From an uncultured Bacilli bacterium (GTDB lineage: Bacteria > Bacillota_I > Bacilli_A > RF39 > UBA660), in NCBI GenBank assembly GCA_947629135.1, contig CANRCN010000001.1, positions 411-64,410 of the forward strand: a DNA stretch of 64,000 bases, read 5' to 3'. Of this stretch, positions 1-10,299 are shown piece after piece (within the stretch, counting starts at the first letter, position 1; each line of letters opens with the position of its first letter). Made by a program: the position numbers and the translations under genes. Below the pieces are notes generated by a model. That model saw nothing but the letters and a program-made list of their open reading frames with translations, was not told the origin of the DNA and made no database searches.

Positions 1-457
1 AATTGCTATTTTATTGATGGCTGTTGGTTATTCTTCTTTTACATCAGAACTTACGATAAATGGAAATGCCACTGTAACTGGAGAATGGGGAGTAAAAATT
101 ACTAAAGTTGATATAGATTTTGTAAGTGAAGGTTGTGATCCAGGTTATCCGACATTCACGAATACAACAGTAAATTTTGATGCTAAACTAGAAAAACCAG
201 GTGATAAAATTAACTACTTAATTACAATCGAAAATACTGGTACAATCGATGCAACATTAGTTAGTATGGCTTTTATTCCTGATGATATGAATGGTTCATC
301 AGCTATCCAATATGAAATAATAGGACCTGATAAAGAACTTCCTGGAGGTGCTACTACAACATTAGAAGTTGCTGCTACCTATTTAAAAGATGTAACTGAA
401 GTTCCTGAAATAAAATCTAAAACTATTATGGGCATAATCGAATATGAACAAAAGTAA
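1..457 (+). CDS. TasA/camelysin-family secreted matrix protein, 5' end outside window
   Basis: Frame is open from base 2 and a hydrophobic signal-peptide H-region runs off the left edge; block 'EKPGDKINYLITIENTG' resembles the conserved TasA/CalY 'LKPGDK..F.NNG' region; a SipW-type signal peptidase gene follows directly. Confidence 0.55.
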   Translation, partial: IAILLMAVGYSSFTSELTINGNATVTGEWGVKITKVDIDFVSEGCDPGYPTFTNTTVNFDAKLEKPGDKINYLITIENTGTIDATLVSMAFIPDDMNGSSAIQYEIIGPDKELPGGATTTLEVAATYLKDVTEVPEIKSKTIMGIIEYEQK

Positions 458-1640
458 AAAAATAAGTGGAGATAAAATGATTATCAAGAACAAATATTTC
501 TTTAGTATTTTAATAATCTATTTAATATTAACAATTACTTTAAATATTATTAATAATAATTTATATATAAATATAATCAATCCTATTTTTTGGACATTTA
601 TGTTAATTATAACTACTATTTACTTAAAAAAGAATTATATTAGAATAAATACTAATAAAAAATACTTACTAAATTTAATTACTATAACAATTATTTTCTT
701 ATTACTATATTTTTATCTAGGTTTTATAATAGGTTTTACTAATAATTCTTATAATCATAATTTAATAACAATTTATATAAATATAGTTCCCATTATTTCA
801 ATTGAAATATTAAAAGGAATATTAATAAAAAATCATAAAAAAAGTAAACTTATAGTAGCTTTGATAACAATTCTCTTTATCTTATTAGAAATAGATTATC
901 ATAGTATTACTAAGTTATACTTTACAAAAGAATTATTATTTAAATATGATTTCAGTAAACTTATATCTTTAATAGTATTTAGTCTTATCTCTTCTTTCTT
1001 TTCCTTAAATTATTCTTATAAATTATCACTCTTTTTTCGAACTATCTTAAGGTTGACTTATATACTATTACCAATCTTACCATCATTAAATTGGTATATG
1101 ATGGGAAGTATTAGTTTAATAGGTGTTACTATAATTTATCTTATTTTTAAATATAAGCTTAGAAGGGATTTTAAAATAAAAAAAATTAATTCTTTTGCAT
1201 TAATAAGTTATGCATTTACCCTTGTTTTTGCCACTTTTCTAATAACTTTTATGTCTGGATTTTTAAAATATGAACCAATTGCTATCCTTTCCAATAGTAT
1301 GGTACCAACTTTATCTAAAGGAGACATTTTAGTATATAAAAAATTAAATAGTCAAGAATTAACTAGCCTAAAAATAGGTGATATAATTGTTTATAAAAAA
1401 GCTGATATTTATATAGCTCATCGTATTTATAAAGTAATCAAACAAGATAATAAAACATTCTATTTAACAAAAGGTGATAATAATAAATCAGTTGATAATT
1501 TAGAAGTAGAACCTAATGATATTAAAGGTTTAGTTAAACTGAAAATTAAATACTTTGGATATCCATCTGTTTATTTACATGAATATTTTAATAAATATGA
1601 AAAAGATAATTTTGTATATAACTTTAATGCTTGGAATTAG
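444..1640 (+). CDS. sipW: SipW-type (ER/archaeal-type) signal peptidase I with a long N-terminal polytopic membrane extension
   Basis: C-terminal ~130 aa carry S26 boxes 'SNSMVPTL', 'GDIIVYKK', 'IAHRIYK' (His of the Ser/His dyad, no Lys) and 'KGDNN'; the first ~270 aa are 7-8 predicted TM helices. Confidence 0.7.
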   Translation: MNKSKKISGDKMIIKNKYFFSILIIYLILTITLNIINNNLYINIINPIFWTFMLIITTIYLKKNYIRINTNKKYLLNLITITIIFLLLYFYLGFIIGFTNNSYNHNLITIYINIVPIISIEILKGILIKNHKKSKLIVALITILFILLEIDYHSITKLYFTKELLFKYDFSKLISLIVFSLISSFFSLNYSYKLSLFFRTILRLTYILLPILPSLNWYMMGSISLIGVTIIYLIFKYKLRRDFKIKKINSFALISYAFTLVFATFLITFMSGFLKYEPIAILSNSMVPTLSKGDILVYKKLNSQELTSLKIGDIIVYKKADIYIAHRIYKVIKQDNKTFYLTKGDNNKSVDNLEVEPNDIKGLVKLKIKYFGYPSVYLHEYFNKYEKDNFVYNFNAWN

Positions 1641-2490
1641 TATAATTATTTTAAATTATGCTATTATAAATAAACCTAGTTATTCTTATAAAATAGATAG
1701 AAATAGTAGTTATTTAATTAATTTAAAATCTAATCTTTATTATTTAGATAAATCTGTTAATAATGAATTAATACCAGCTAATTTAATAAATAATTTAAAA
1801 GTAAACTATAGTTATAAATATTTAACTACTAAAAAAAATAATCTTAATTATCATTATAAAGTAGAATTATTTATTATAAGCTATAATAAAGATAATATTG
1901 AAGTATGGAAAAAGAACTATTTATTAAAAGAAAAAAATTTAAATAAATTTAGTGATTCTTTTAATATAAATGAAAGTATTGATATAGATTATAATTATTA
2001 TAATAACTTAGCAAAATCTTTTATAAGAGAATTTAATTTAAATTTAAATACTATTTTAAAAATAAGATTAAGTGTTGATATAAAAAATAATAATATTAGT
2101 CTTAATGATTATTTAGAATATAATATTAGTTTAACTAATAATTTAACTAGTATAAATAAGTATTTTAATGATATAGACACTAATAAAGATATTTATTTAA
2201 AATATAATAATATATATTATATAATAGGTAGCATTTTTATAATTCTAAGTATTAGTTTATTAATTTATGATAAATATAATAAAATGGATAAATTGTTGAA
2301 TAATTATCAAGATATAATAGTTAATATTAATAAAGATATTGATACTGATTTAGATATTATATATTTAAAAAATATAGAAGATTTAATAAATATTGCTGAA
2401 GTTAATAATACTAATATATTATTATATAAGAATAAATTTTATGTAATACTTAATAATTATATTTATCTTTATGTTAAAAAAAGTGAATAA
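1597..2490 (+). CDS. hypothetical Asn/Ile-rich membrane protein (TM at N-terminus and near aa 225)
   Basis: ORF with ATG at 1597 (MKKIILYITLMLGISIIIL TM helix) overlapping the sipW 3' end; no recognisable catalytic motif. Confidence 0.35.
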   Translation: MKKIILYITLMLGISIIILNYAIINKPSYSYKIDRNSSYLINLKSNLYYLDKSVNNELIPANLINNLKVNYSYKYLTTKKNNLNYHYKVELFIISYNKDNIEVWKKNYLLKEKNLNKFSDSFNINESIDIDYNYYNNLAKSFIREFNLNLNTILKIRLSVDIKNNNISLNDYLEYNISLTNNLTSINKYFNDIDTNKDIYLKYNNIYYIIGSIFIILSISLLIYDKYNKMDKLLNNYQDIIVNINKDIDTDLDIIYLKNIEDLINIAEVNNTNILLYKNKFYVILNNYIYLYVKKSE

Positions 2491-2596
2491 GATAATTTAT
2501 ATTTTAATCAAAGAAAAAAATTAATTTTATTTAAAAAAAGTAATGACAAATTATATTAAAAAGAAGTATAATAGTTTTGATAAAAAAATTAGGAGT

Positions 2597-4006
2597 ATGG
2601 TAGTAGTGAAATGGTTAAAAAAGAATAAAATAAAAATTATTACAATTGGTTTAATTCTAGTTATAGTTGTTTCTTTAGGTTTAGTTATTTTCTTAACTTT
2701 ACCTAAAATTGAATTAAATGGGGAAGATAATGTAGTTATTAATGTTGATAGCAAATATAAAGAGTTAGGAGCAACAGCTTTTTATCTAGGTGAAGATGTA
2801 TCTGATTCTGTTAAGATAGAAGGAAATGTTGATGTTCATAAATTAGGTACTTATAAGTTAACATATGTTCTTAATAAAGGATTAGCTAAGAAAAAAGTAT
2901 CTAGAACTGTAGTTGTTAAAGATATTGAGGCTCCAGTTATTACTTTAGAAGGAGAAGAGGAAGTTAATGTTTGCCCTAATACAAAATTTAAAGAATTAGG
3001 TTTTAAAGCTCTTGATAATGTAGATGGAGATTTAACTGATAAAGTTGAAACTGAAGAAAAAGAAGATGCTATTATATATAAAGTTAAAGATAAAGAGGGA
3101 AATGAGAGTAAAATAGAAAGAAAAATAGTTTATAAAGATATTGAAAACCCTAAAATAGAGTTATCAGGAGGAGCTGATTATACAACTTATTTAGGTGGTA
3201 AATACATTGAACCTGGTTATAATGTTACAGATAATTGTAGTCAAGAATTAAAAGCTAAAGTAAAAGTTACTAATAATGTTAATATGAATCAGGCTGGAAC
3301 TTATACGGTTACTTATGAAGTTTCAGATGAAGCAGGAAATACAGCTAGTATTAAAAGAACAGTTAGAGTAGTATCAAGACCTAAAGGAGGAACAATTTAT
3401 TTAACTTTTGATGATGGACCTCAAGAGGGAACTACTAATAAAATTCTAGATATTTTAAAAGAAGAAGGAGTTAAAGCAACGTTTTTTGTAACTTCAAATG
3501 GACCTGATTATTTAATCAAGAGAGAAGCAGATGAGGGACATACAGTTGCTCTTCATACTGCGACTCATAATTATGCTAAAGTATATTCATCAGTTGATAA
3601 TTATTTTAATGATTTAAAAATAGTTCATGATAGAGTACAAAGAATAACAGGTCAAGATGCAAGAATTATTAGATTTCCAGGAGGAAGTAGTAACACAATA
3701 AGTAGGAATTACTCAAGAGGTATTATGTCTACTTTAACAAAGGAAGTAATTAATCGTGGCTATCGTTATCATGATTGGAATGTTGATTCTAATGATGCAG
3801 GAGGAGCAAACTATTCATCAGCTGTTTACAATAATGTTATAAGAGGATTATCATCATCAAGTACTAACATGGTCTTAATGCATGATATAAAACCTCAAAC
3901 AAGAGATGCTTTAAGAGATATAATTAGATATGCTAAAAACAATGGATTTACTTTTGCACCTATTACTATGTCAACTCCTATGGTAAGGCATGGAGTAAAT
4001 AATTAA
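2597..4006 (+). CDS. membrane-anchored polysaccharide deacetylase (NodB/CE4 domain) with Ig-like DUF5011-type repeats
   Basis: AGGAG RBS 5 nt before ATG 2597; N-terminal TM; repeated Ig-like modules; C-terminal NodB signature 'YLTFDDGP' ... 'HTATH' ... 'RFPGG'. Confidence 0.75.
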   Translation: MVVVKWLKKNKIKIITIGLILVIVVSLGLVIFLTLPKIELNGEDNVVINVDSKYKELGATAFYLGEDVSDSVKIEGNVDVHKLGTYKLTYVLNKGLAKKKVSRTVVVKDIEAPVITLEGEEEVNVCPNTKFKELGFKALDNVDGDLTDKVETEEKEDAIIYKVKDKEGNESKIERKIVYKDIENPKIELSGGADYTTYLGGKYIEPGYNVTDNCSQELKAKVKVTNNVNMNQAGTYTVTYEVSDEAGNTASIKRTVRVVSRPKGGTIYLTFDDGPQEGTTNKILDILKEEGVKATFFVTSNGPDYLIKREADEGHTVALHTATHNYAKVYSSVDNYFNDLKIVHDRVQRITGQDARIIRFPGGSSNTISRNYSRGIMSTLTKEVINRGYRYHDWNVDSNDAGGANYSSAVYNNVIRGLSSSSTNMVLMHDIKPQTRDALRDIIRYAKNNGFTFAPITMSTPMVRHGVNN

Positions 4007-4079
4007 AAGTTAATAAAAATTTAAAAAAATACTTGATTTTTTTGAGTAAATATATTATTCTTATTATGAGGTATAGATA

Positions 4080-4175
4080 ATGAATAAAAAAATGGAAATG
4101 AAAAAAACTGAATTTAAAAAAATTGAAATTATTCATGAAATGGATGTTCTTTTTCAATTTTCATTTTTTAGATAG
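4080..4175 (+). promoter_or_regulatory. 31-codon leader peptide ORF (MNKKMEMKKTEFKKIEIIHEMDVLFQFSFFR) whose stop codon sits inside the 5' arm of the downstream terminator: putative translation-coupled attenuator
   Basis: GAGG RBS 8 nt upstream of ATG 4080; TAG at 4173-4175 overlaps stem start at 4174. Confidence 0.35.
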
Positions 4176-4210
4176 AAGATACTTAGTTATATAGGTATCT
4201 TCTTTTTTTT
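4174..4210 (+). terminator. Rho-independent terminator/attenuator hairpin upstream of the permease gene
   Basis: 9-bp stem 'agaagatac'/'gtatcttct' (4174-4182 / 4195-4203), 12-nt loop, followed by T8. Confidence 0.55.
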
Positions 4211-4236
4211 AATCAATACCTAGAATGGAGGATTTG

Positions 4237-5547
4237 ATGAAAAATCAAAAAATGACAATTGACATCAATGAGAAACCACCAGTTGCCAAATGGATTGTTT
4301 TGGCATTTCAACATGTATTTGCTATGTTTGGAGCAACGATACTTGTTCCGATTTTAGTAAATGCAGCCGCAGGAAAGGAGGTTTTAACAATACCAGTTGC
4401 TTTAGTTACTTCAGGTATTGGTACTTTGATTTACATTTTATGTACAAAAGGAAAATCTCCAGTTTATTTAGGATCTTCATTTGCTTTTATTACTCCTATT
4501 GCAGCTGCTTACTTAAAGGGAGGAGTAGGTGGAGCTATGACAGGGATTATGGCTGTTGGTTTAATCTATGTTATAGTTGCAATTATTATTAAGTTTGTTG
4601 GAACTAATTGGCTTAATAAGTTATTACCACCTGTTATTATAGGACCTATGATTATGGTAATAGGACTAGGACTTGCTCCAAATGCTATTAGTCAGATTGG
4701 GCTTGCAAGTGGAACCCCACTTGACTATAAAGTAATTGTTGTTGCTTTAGTTTCATTTTTAGTAACAGCTCTTGTTATGACAAGATGTAAAGGATTTTTA
4801 AAAATTATACCTTTTTTAGTAGGAATTATTGCTGGTTATATTATGGCAGTTATCTTCGGAATGATTGATTTCAAACCAGTTGTTGATGCAGCTTTCTTCA
4901 GTATGCCTCATTTCTTAATCCCATTTGCATCATACAAACCAACCTTTAGTGCTATTCTAACAATTGCTCCAATTGCTCTTGTTACAATGTGTGAACATAT
5001 TGGAGATCATACGTCACTTAGTAATATAATAGGACGTGATTTAATAAAAGATCCAGGACTTGACAGAACTTTACTTGGTGATGGTATTGCAACTTTTGTA
5101 GCTGGTGCTTTAGGAGGACCTGCTAATACTACATATGGTGAAAATACTTCAGTTGTTGGACTTACAAAAGTAGCATCAGTTTGGGTAATTGGCCTTGCGG
5201 CTATTATTGCAATCATAATTGGCTTCTTAGGTAAATTTACAGCTTTAGTATCTACTATTCCTGATGCTGTACTTGGAGGTGTATCTTTACTTCTTTATGG
5301 ATTTATAGCAGTTAATGGATTAAAAGTTTTAATAAAAAATCAAATAGATTTTGAAAAACCTAAAAATGTTGTAGTAGCATCATCTATGTTAGTACTTGGA
5401 TTAGGAGGAGCTGCTGTTGCTATTGTAAGTGGAGATTTATCAATTACAATCTCTGGTATGAGTTTAGCAGCTATTGTAGGTATTATTTTAAATCTAATAT
5501 TACCAGATGAAAAAGAATCTAAAGAAAGTAAATCAAAAAGAAAATAA
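4237..5547 (+). CDS. pyrP: uracil permease, NCS2 family
   Basis: 'VAKWIVLAFQHVFAMFGATILVPILV' matches the UraA/PyrP N-terminal signature 'LQHLFAMFGATVLVP'; 12-14 TM helices; GGAGG RBS 5 nt before ATG 4237 (ORF track start 4225 lacks an RBS). Confidence 0.85.
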   Translation: MKNQKMTIDINEKPPVAKWIVLAFQHVFAMFGATILVPILVNAAAGKEVLTIPVALVTSGIGTLIYILCTKGKSPVYLGSSFAFITPIAAAYLKGGVGGAMTGIMAVGLIYVIVAIIIKFVGTNWLNKLLPPVIIGPMIMVIGLGLAPNAISQIGLASGTPLDYKVIVVALVSFLVTALVMTRCKGFLKIIPFLVGIIAGYIMAVIFGMIDFKPVVDAAFFSMPHFLIPFASYKPTFSAILTIAPIALVTMCEHIGDHTSLSNIIGRDLIKDPGLDRTLLGDGIATFVAGALGGPANTTYGENTSVVGLTKVASVWVIGLAAIIAIIIGFLGKFTALVSTIPDAVLGGVSLLLYGFIAVNGLKVLIKNQIDFEKPKNVVVASSMLVLGLGGAAVAIVSGDLSITISGMSLAAIVGIILNLILPDEKESKESKSKRK

Positions 5548-5582
5548 ATTTATATTATTCATATTAAAAAGTATAAAAAAAG

Positions 5583-5606
5583 GATAGTTTATGTACTATC
5601 TTTTTT
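5583..5606. terminator. bidirectional Rho-independent terminator between convergent pyrP (+) and lipoprotein operon (-)
   Basis: stem 'gatagt'/'actatc' with 6-nt loop, A7 upstream and T6 downstream. Confidence 0.5.
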
Positions 5607-5681
5607 CGACATTTAAAGTAACAATTATAGTTATTTTAAATTGATTTAATAATAAAATAATTTTAAAAAAGAGATAAGTAT

Positions 5682-6152
5682 CTATTCAATATCAATATAG
5701 TATTCAATACTAGAAATTGTATCTCCAACAACGATAAATTCAAGATGTGTATTATCTAGAGTATAGGTATAAGCATTATCTCTTTTTTCATAGTCATTAC
5801 CATAGGTTTTAGTTAAATTTTCTAAACTATCTCCAATTTTAATACCTTCAGTAGTTTTAACAGAATCATCAGTTAAATAAATAGTATATATTTTATCTTT
5901 ATCACCATCAGGAGTAGTTGTTATTTCATAATGATCATATGTATAAGTTTTATCAACACCTTGTCCTGCACAACTAGGAACTTCTGCATACCGAACTTCT
6001 TTACCATATTTAGAAGTTGAAAATTCTTCTCCTAAAATAAAATTCTTATCATTATAAGTAAAACTATAGACTTTATTTTCTTCTTTTTTTACTTCACTAC
6101 ATCCTGTAATTAATATACCTATTAGTAATAGAATAATTAATTTTTTCATCAT
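5682..6152 (-). CDS. lipoprotein (lipobox LITGC), last gene of the minus-strand acylation operon
   Basis: Signal peptide MMKKLIILLLIGILITGC with lipobox Cys; AGGAGA RBS; start overlaps the upstream gene stop (ATGA). Confidence 0.6.
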   Translation of the reverse strand: MMKKLIILLLIGILITGCSEVKKEENKVYSFTYNDKNFILGEEFSTSKYGKEVRYAEVPSCAGQGVDKTYTYDHYEITTTPDGDKDKIYTIYLTDDSVKTTEGIKIGDSLENLTKTYGNDYEKRDNAYTYTLDNTHLEFIVVGDTISSIEYYIDIE

Positions 6153-7159
6153 TCATCTCCTTTATTTTTATTATACACGGATAATTTCTGATTGTAAATA
6201 TTACTTATATGATTATCTAATCTATAATCAGTTAAATTATAATTATTTTTCAAAATATCCCCAAAATATGTGGATAATTTTTCAGCACCATATAAATTTA
6301 AATGTAAACCACCATCATAGGTATCATGATTATAATCTATACCTATTTCTTGAGCTTTTTCTAGAAGATTATAATAATCAAGATTATATGTATTAGCATA
6401 TTCAATTACTTGATCATTATATTCAGAATACCAATAAGGATAAACACTTGGAGCTTTTATTAAAACTAGTTTAATATGATTATTTTCACAAAGTTGTCTT
6501 ATTTTATCTAAGTATGATATAACATTATCTTTAAAAGTATAACTTCCTAATATCTTTTTAGTTGGTAAATTAGTAACTGGTTTTATATTTTTATTCATTA
6601 AATATCCATTATAAGTAACATTATTATCTGTAAATAAATTTTTAAAATCTTCACTAGTTAAAGAAGAAAATCTTGAATGATATCTAACAATTGGAAATAT
6701 ATAATCAAATATCGATTCTTCTTCTAACATAGAATTGTTTATCATTTCTATTTTTTCTTGAGACCATTTCATTTTATCAAGTGTTAAATGATTATAAGCT
6801 TCACTTACAGGTTCATTATATCTTAAAGCATTAACATTTAAGACTACTACCTTAGGAATTTCATATTTTAAAGTTTCTTTTAAAATTCCATAAGATTGCC
6901 AAATTAATTGTTGACTAGTTCCTCTAACATATGATGTTATTCCATAATTCTTATACATTATAAGAGGAGAGAAATTAGCATAAACTTCACAATCTCCAAT
7001 AAATATTACTTCATGATTTTTTTCTTCTTTATAATACTCTTTTATCATATGTCCTTCAATTAAATTTGTTTGGTATTTTGGAGAGACTAATTTATTTAAG
7101 AAAATAAAACATAGTATAAAAACAATTATAATTATTAATATTTTAAAATATTTTTTCAT
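6149..7159 (-). CDS. membrane-anchored DltD/AlgX-like SGNH-fold protein, partner of the adjacent MBOAT
   Basis: N-terminal TM anchor, 'IFIGDCE' GDS-like block, C-terminal 'DGGLHLNLYG' block shared with the paralogues at 37641 and 43171; sits immediately downstream of an MBOAT gene. Confidence 0.5.
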   Translation of the reverse strand: MKKYFKILIIIIVFILCFIFLNKLVSPKYQTNLIEGHMIKEYYKEEKNHEVIFIGDCEVYANFSPLIMYKNYGITSYVRGTSQQLIWQSYGILKETLKYEIPKVVVLNVNALRYNEPVSEAYNHLTLDKMKWSQEKIEMINNSMLEEESIFDYIFPIVRYHSRFSSLTSEDFKNLFTDNNVTYNGYLMNKNIKPVTNLPTKKILGSYTFKDNVISYLDKIRQLCENNHIKLVLIKAPSVYPYWYSEYNDQVIEYANTYNLDYYNLLEKAQEIGIDYNHDTYDGGLHLNLYGAEKLSTYFGDILKNNYNLTDYRLDNHISNIYNQKLSVYNKNKGDE

Positions 7160-7167
7160 AATCCCTC

Positions 7168-8448
7168 CTAAAACTTACTATAGATAAAATCTTGAACATT
7201 AAAACCTAATCCATATACTCCAAATAGTAAGATTAAAAGTATCATACTTCCTAAAAAAATTAGTTTAACTTCATCAGATTTATTATAAAGATAAGTTTTT
7301 ATTTTTTCATGTTTAATATCAACAATAATTAAAATTATTAAGGTTATAATAAGAACGATTATATTTACTAAATCAAGACCTAACTTTAAAATATTATTAA
7401 ATAAATTTAAATAATTTAAATTAGTAAATATACTTCCTAACATTTTAAAGGATGTTAAAGTATCTGGATAAATAAAGAAAATCCAAAGTAAAGAAACTAT
7501 TACAAAGTTTAAAATAATTTTTAGAGTTTTATATTTATCATTAGGTTTTCCTTGAAAAGCAACGATTATTCCATGAAATAATCCCCAGAAAAAGTAATTA
7601 ATTCCATGCCAAAGTCCTGAGATAATAAAAGTTATAATAATATTTATTTTAGCTCTAATTTTACTACAATGATTTCCTCCAAGAGGGATATAAAGATAAT
7701 CTCTAAACCATGAAGAAAGACTTATATGCCATCTTCTCCAAAATTCTTTTAAATTACGTGATAGGTAAGGACTATCAAAGTTTTCAGCAAGTTCGATTCC
7801 AATCATTTTACTAAAACCAATTACAATATCAATTCCACCTGAAAAATCAGCATATAACTGGAAAGAGTAGAGTAGTAGTGCTAGTAATACGTAAGCTCCT
7901 TGATAATTTAAATTAGAAGTAATTGTCGTAACAATTAAAGCAATTCTTGATGCTATTACATATTTTTTAAATAATCCCCAAGATATTCTAATTAATCCGT
8001 TAAAAAGATTATCTTTTTTGAGTTTCTTCTTTTTATATAAAGTTTTACTTAAATCATTATATCTATTGATAGGGCCTATTATTAAATAAGGAAAATAGAA
8101 AACAAAAAGTAAATAATTTAAAAGATTTTTTTCGGGTTTAATTTTTCCTCTATAAACATCTATTAAATAGGCCAATACTTGAAATGTATAATAAGATATT
8201 CCTAAAGGAATTAAAATATTTTTATTATTAACTAAGTTAAAAAAATTATTAAAAGTTACAACCTTAAAAAAAACTAAGATAGAAACATTTAAAATAATAG
8301 TTCCTATAAATATTAGTTTTTTATGCTTATTTTTGTGATTAATAGCAGCTAAATATGTTGTTAAAGCTGATATTAAAATATAAATTAGATTAGAAAGTCC
8401 AAAAGAAGCAATTAAGATAATACTAAAAATTAAAATAATTATATTCAT
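7168..8448 (-). CDS. MBOAT-family membrane O-acyltransferase (DltB/AlgI/PatA-like)
   Basis: Polytopic protein with MBOAT His motif 'WRRWHISLSSWFRDYLYIPLGGN'; translationally coupled to the upstream gene. Confidence 0.85.
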   Translation of the reverse strand: MNIIILIFSIILIASFGLSNLIYILISALTTYLAAINHKNKHKKLIFIGTIILNVSILVFFKVVTFNNFFNLVNNKNILIPLGISYYTFQVLAYLIDVYRGKIKPEKNLLNYLLFVFYFPYLIIGPINRYNDLSKTLYKKKKLKKDNLFNGLIRISWGLFKKYVIASRIALIVTTITSNLNYQGAYVLLALLLYSFQLYADFSGGIDIVIGFSKMIGIELAENFDSPYLSRNLKEFWRRWHISLSSWFRDYLYIPLGGNHCSKIRAKINIIITFIISGLWHGINYFFWGLFHGIIVAFQGKPNDKYKTLKIILNFVIVSLLWIFFIYPDTLTSFKMLGSIFTNLNYLNLFNNILKLGLDLVNIIVLIITLIILIIVDIKHEKIKTYLYNKSDEVKLIFLGSMILLILLFGVYGLGFNVQDFIYSKF

Positions 8449-10265
8449 TAGTTAGCCTCCGGCCATTTTGAATGATCCCAATCACGTCCTTGTAAATGAG
8501 CAAGTCTTTCAGCATCAGTTGCAGCACTGATCATATTATGTAAGTTAGTAGGAGTTGCATCACTATGTCTCCATTTACCATTAATTTTTACTAAACACCA
8601 ATAATGAGATCTATTAGTTGTATAAATAATTTGAACTTCATAACCAGCTTTTTGAAGTAAAGCTTTGTATATTTCAGCATGAACCATACAATTTCCTCGC
8701 CAGTTTGTAAGACCAAACCAGATCTTATCGCTTCCTCCATCTTCATGGGTGTATCGAATATTTTTCATAATCCATTGTCTAATAGATTCATAGTTTGAAC
8801 CAGTTTTAGCAAAGGCAGAGTTTAATTTAGCATTTCTATCTGAAGCATCATATCTTACATAAATTTGTCTTTTGGAAGTTACTTTGTTACCAGATTTGTC
8901 AACCGCTGTATAATAAGCATAGTAAGTACCAGTAGCATTAGTATTAACTTTGCTTGAATCAACACTAAATTGAACATTACCATCTTTTGCATCATAAGCT
9001 GATACTCCATAAGTATAATTAATCTTTGAATATTTATTAACACTCATATAAGATAATCCTCTAAATACAGGTGGTTTTTTATCTTCAATTATTGATAAAG
9101 TAGCTTTTTTTTCTATTTTATTTCCATATTTATCTACGGCTTCAATAGTTATTTCTTGATTCCCTAATTTCTTATAAGTAATTTTTGTTTTTAAAGTTGT
9201 AGTAAATTCTGATGCATCTTTACAACTTTTAATAAACTTATCCTTAGAAACACTAGTTTGATCATTATAAATTGTAACATTTTGAAGCTCTAATTCTGGA
9301 GCTTTAGTATCTTGAACTTTAATCTTTGTTTTAAATTCTAAATCATTATTTTTAATAATTATTTCATATTCTCCAACACCTTGTTTATTTATATTGTCTA
9401 TTTCTTCTTGATTTAAAAATTCTCCTGTTTCTTTAACATTGAATAAGATATCTTCTTTGGTTAAAGGACTTCCAAGTTCTTTAATAACTTCTTGCTTTGA
9501 CATAGCTATTCTTAAAGTTTTAGTAGTTTCTGTTATATTGTTATATTTATCTTTTACTTGTATTTTAACTTTATAATCACCATATTTAGTTATATTAGGT
9601 TTAGTAAGAGATGTAACTTTTGTTTCTGATATGTCTTCAATACTCTCAATAAAGTCTTCAGGATTAAATTCATAATCAATATTAGCATAGTAATCTTTAA
9701 ATTTAACTTTAGGCTTAGTTGTATCAACTAATTTAAGCTTAATTGTTTTGGTTTGGTTAAAAACTTTAAGTTTGATATCATAACTTCCTACTTTAGTTAA
9801 ATCTATCTTTTTAATGTCAGTTATGAAGCTTGTTTTGTAGACAACTTTACCACGTTTATAAAAATCGCTTACATCTATTTTTTTAACTCCAGCTTCTAAA
9901 GTAACACTTGGCTTTAATCCGAATAATATAATAAATAAAATTGTAGAAATACAAAGTAATGAACAAATAGAACTTAGTATTATCAAGACAATCTTTTTTT
10001 TAGATTTTCTTTTAGGTTCATCTTTTTTAGAATTAATATCTATTTTTATTTCCTTTACAGCTTCTTTAGTTTTTTTCTTTTCTTTAATATTAGTAGTTTC
10101 CTTTTTTTCGACTTTTTCTACTTCATTTTTAGGAGTTTTATTTTGAGTCTTTTTTTCAGAATTAGTTATTTTAGAAGTATTTTTAGAGGTTACTTTTTTT
10201 GAATTATTCTTTTTTTTAGTTTGTGAATTTTTATTTTTTACATTTTTTTCTTTTTTTGCACTCAT
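8448..10265 (-). CDS. membrane-anchored surface protein: Lys-rich N-terminus, TM, Ig-like repeats, C-terminal transglutaminase-like Cys/His/Asp domain
   Basis: C-terminus 'GNCMVHAEIY...SHYWCLVK...RHSD' fits a transglutaminase-like cysteine-protease core; AAGGTGG RBS 8 nt before ATG at 10265 (GTG at 10277 is the alternative start). Confidence 0.5.
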   Translation of the reverse strand: MSAKKEKNVKNKNSQTKKKNNSKKVTSKNTSKITNSEKKTQNKTPKNEVEKVEKKETTNIKEKKKTKEAVKEIKIDINSKKDEPKRKSKKKIVLIILSSICSLLCISTILFIILFGLKPSVTLEAGVKKIDVSDFYKRGKVVYKTSFITDIKKIDLTKVGSYDIKLKVFNQTKTIKLKLVDTTKPKVKFKDYYANIDYEFNPEDFIESIEDISETKVTSLTKPNITKYGDYKVKIQVKDKYNNITETTKTLRIAMSKQEVIKELGSPLTKEDILFNVKETGEFLNQEEIDNINKQGVGEYEIIIKNNDLEFKTKIKVQDTKAPELELQNVTIYNDQTSVSKDKFIKSCKDASEFTTTLKTKITYKKLGNQEITIEAVDKYGNKIEKKATLSIIEDKKPPVFRGLSYMSVNKYSKINYTYGVSAYDAKDGNVQFSVDSSKVNTNATGTYYAYYTAVDKSGNKVTSKRQIYVRYDASDRNAKLNSAFAKTGSNYESIRQWIMKNIRYTHEDGGSDKIWFGLTNWRGNCMVHAEIYKALLQKAGYEVQIIYTTNRSHYWCLVKINGKWRHSDATPTNLHNMISAATDAERLAHLQGRDWDHSKWPEAN

Positions 10266-10299
10266 ATTATTAACCACCTTACATTAATTTCTTGAGAAA

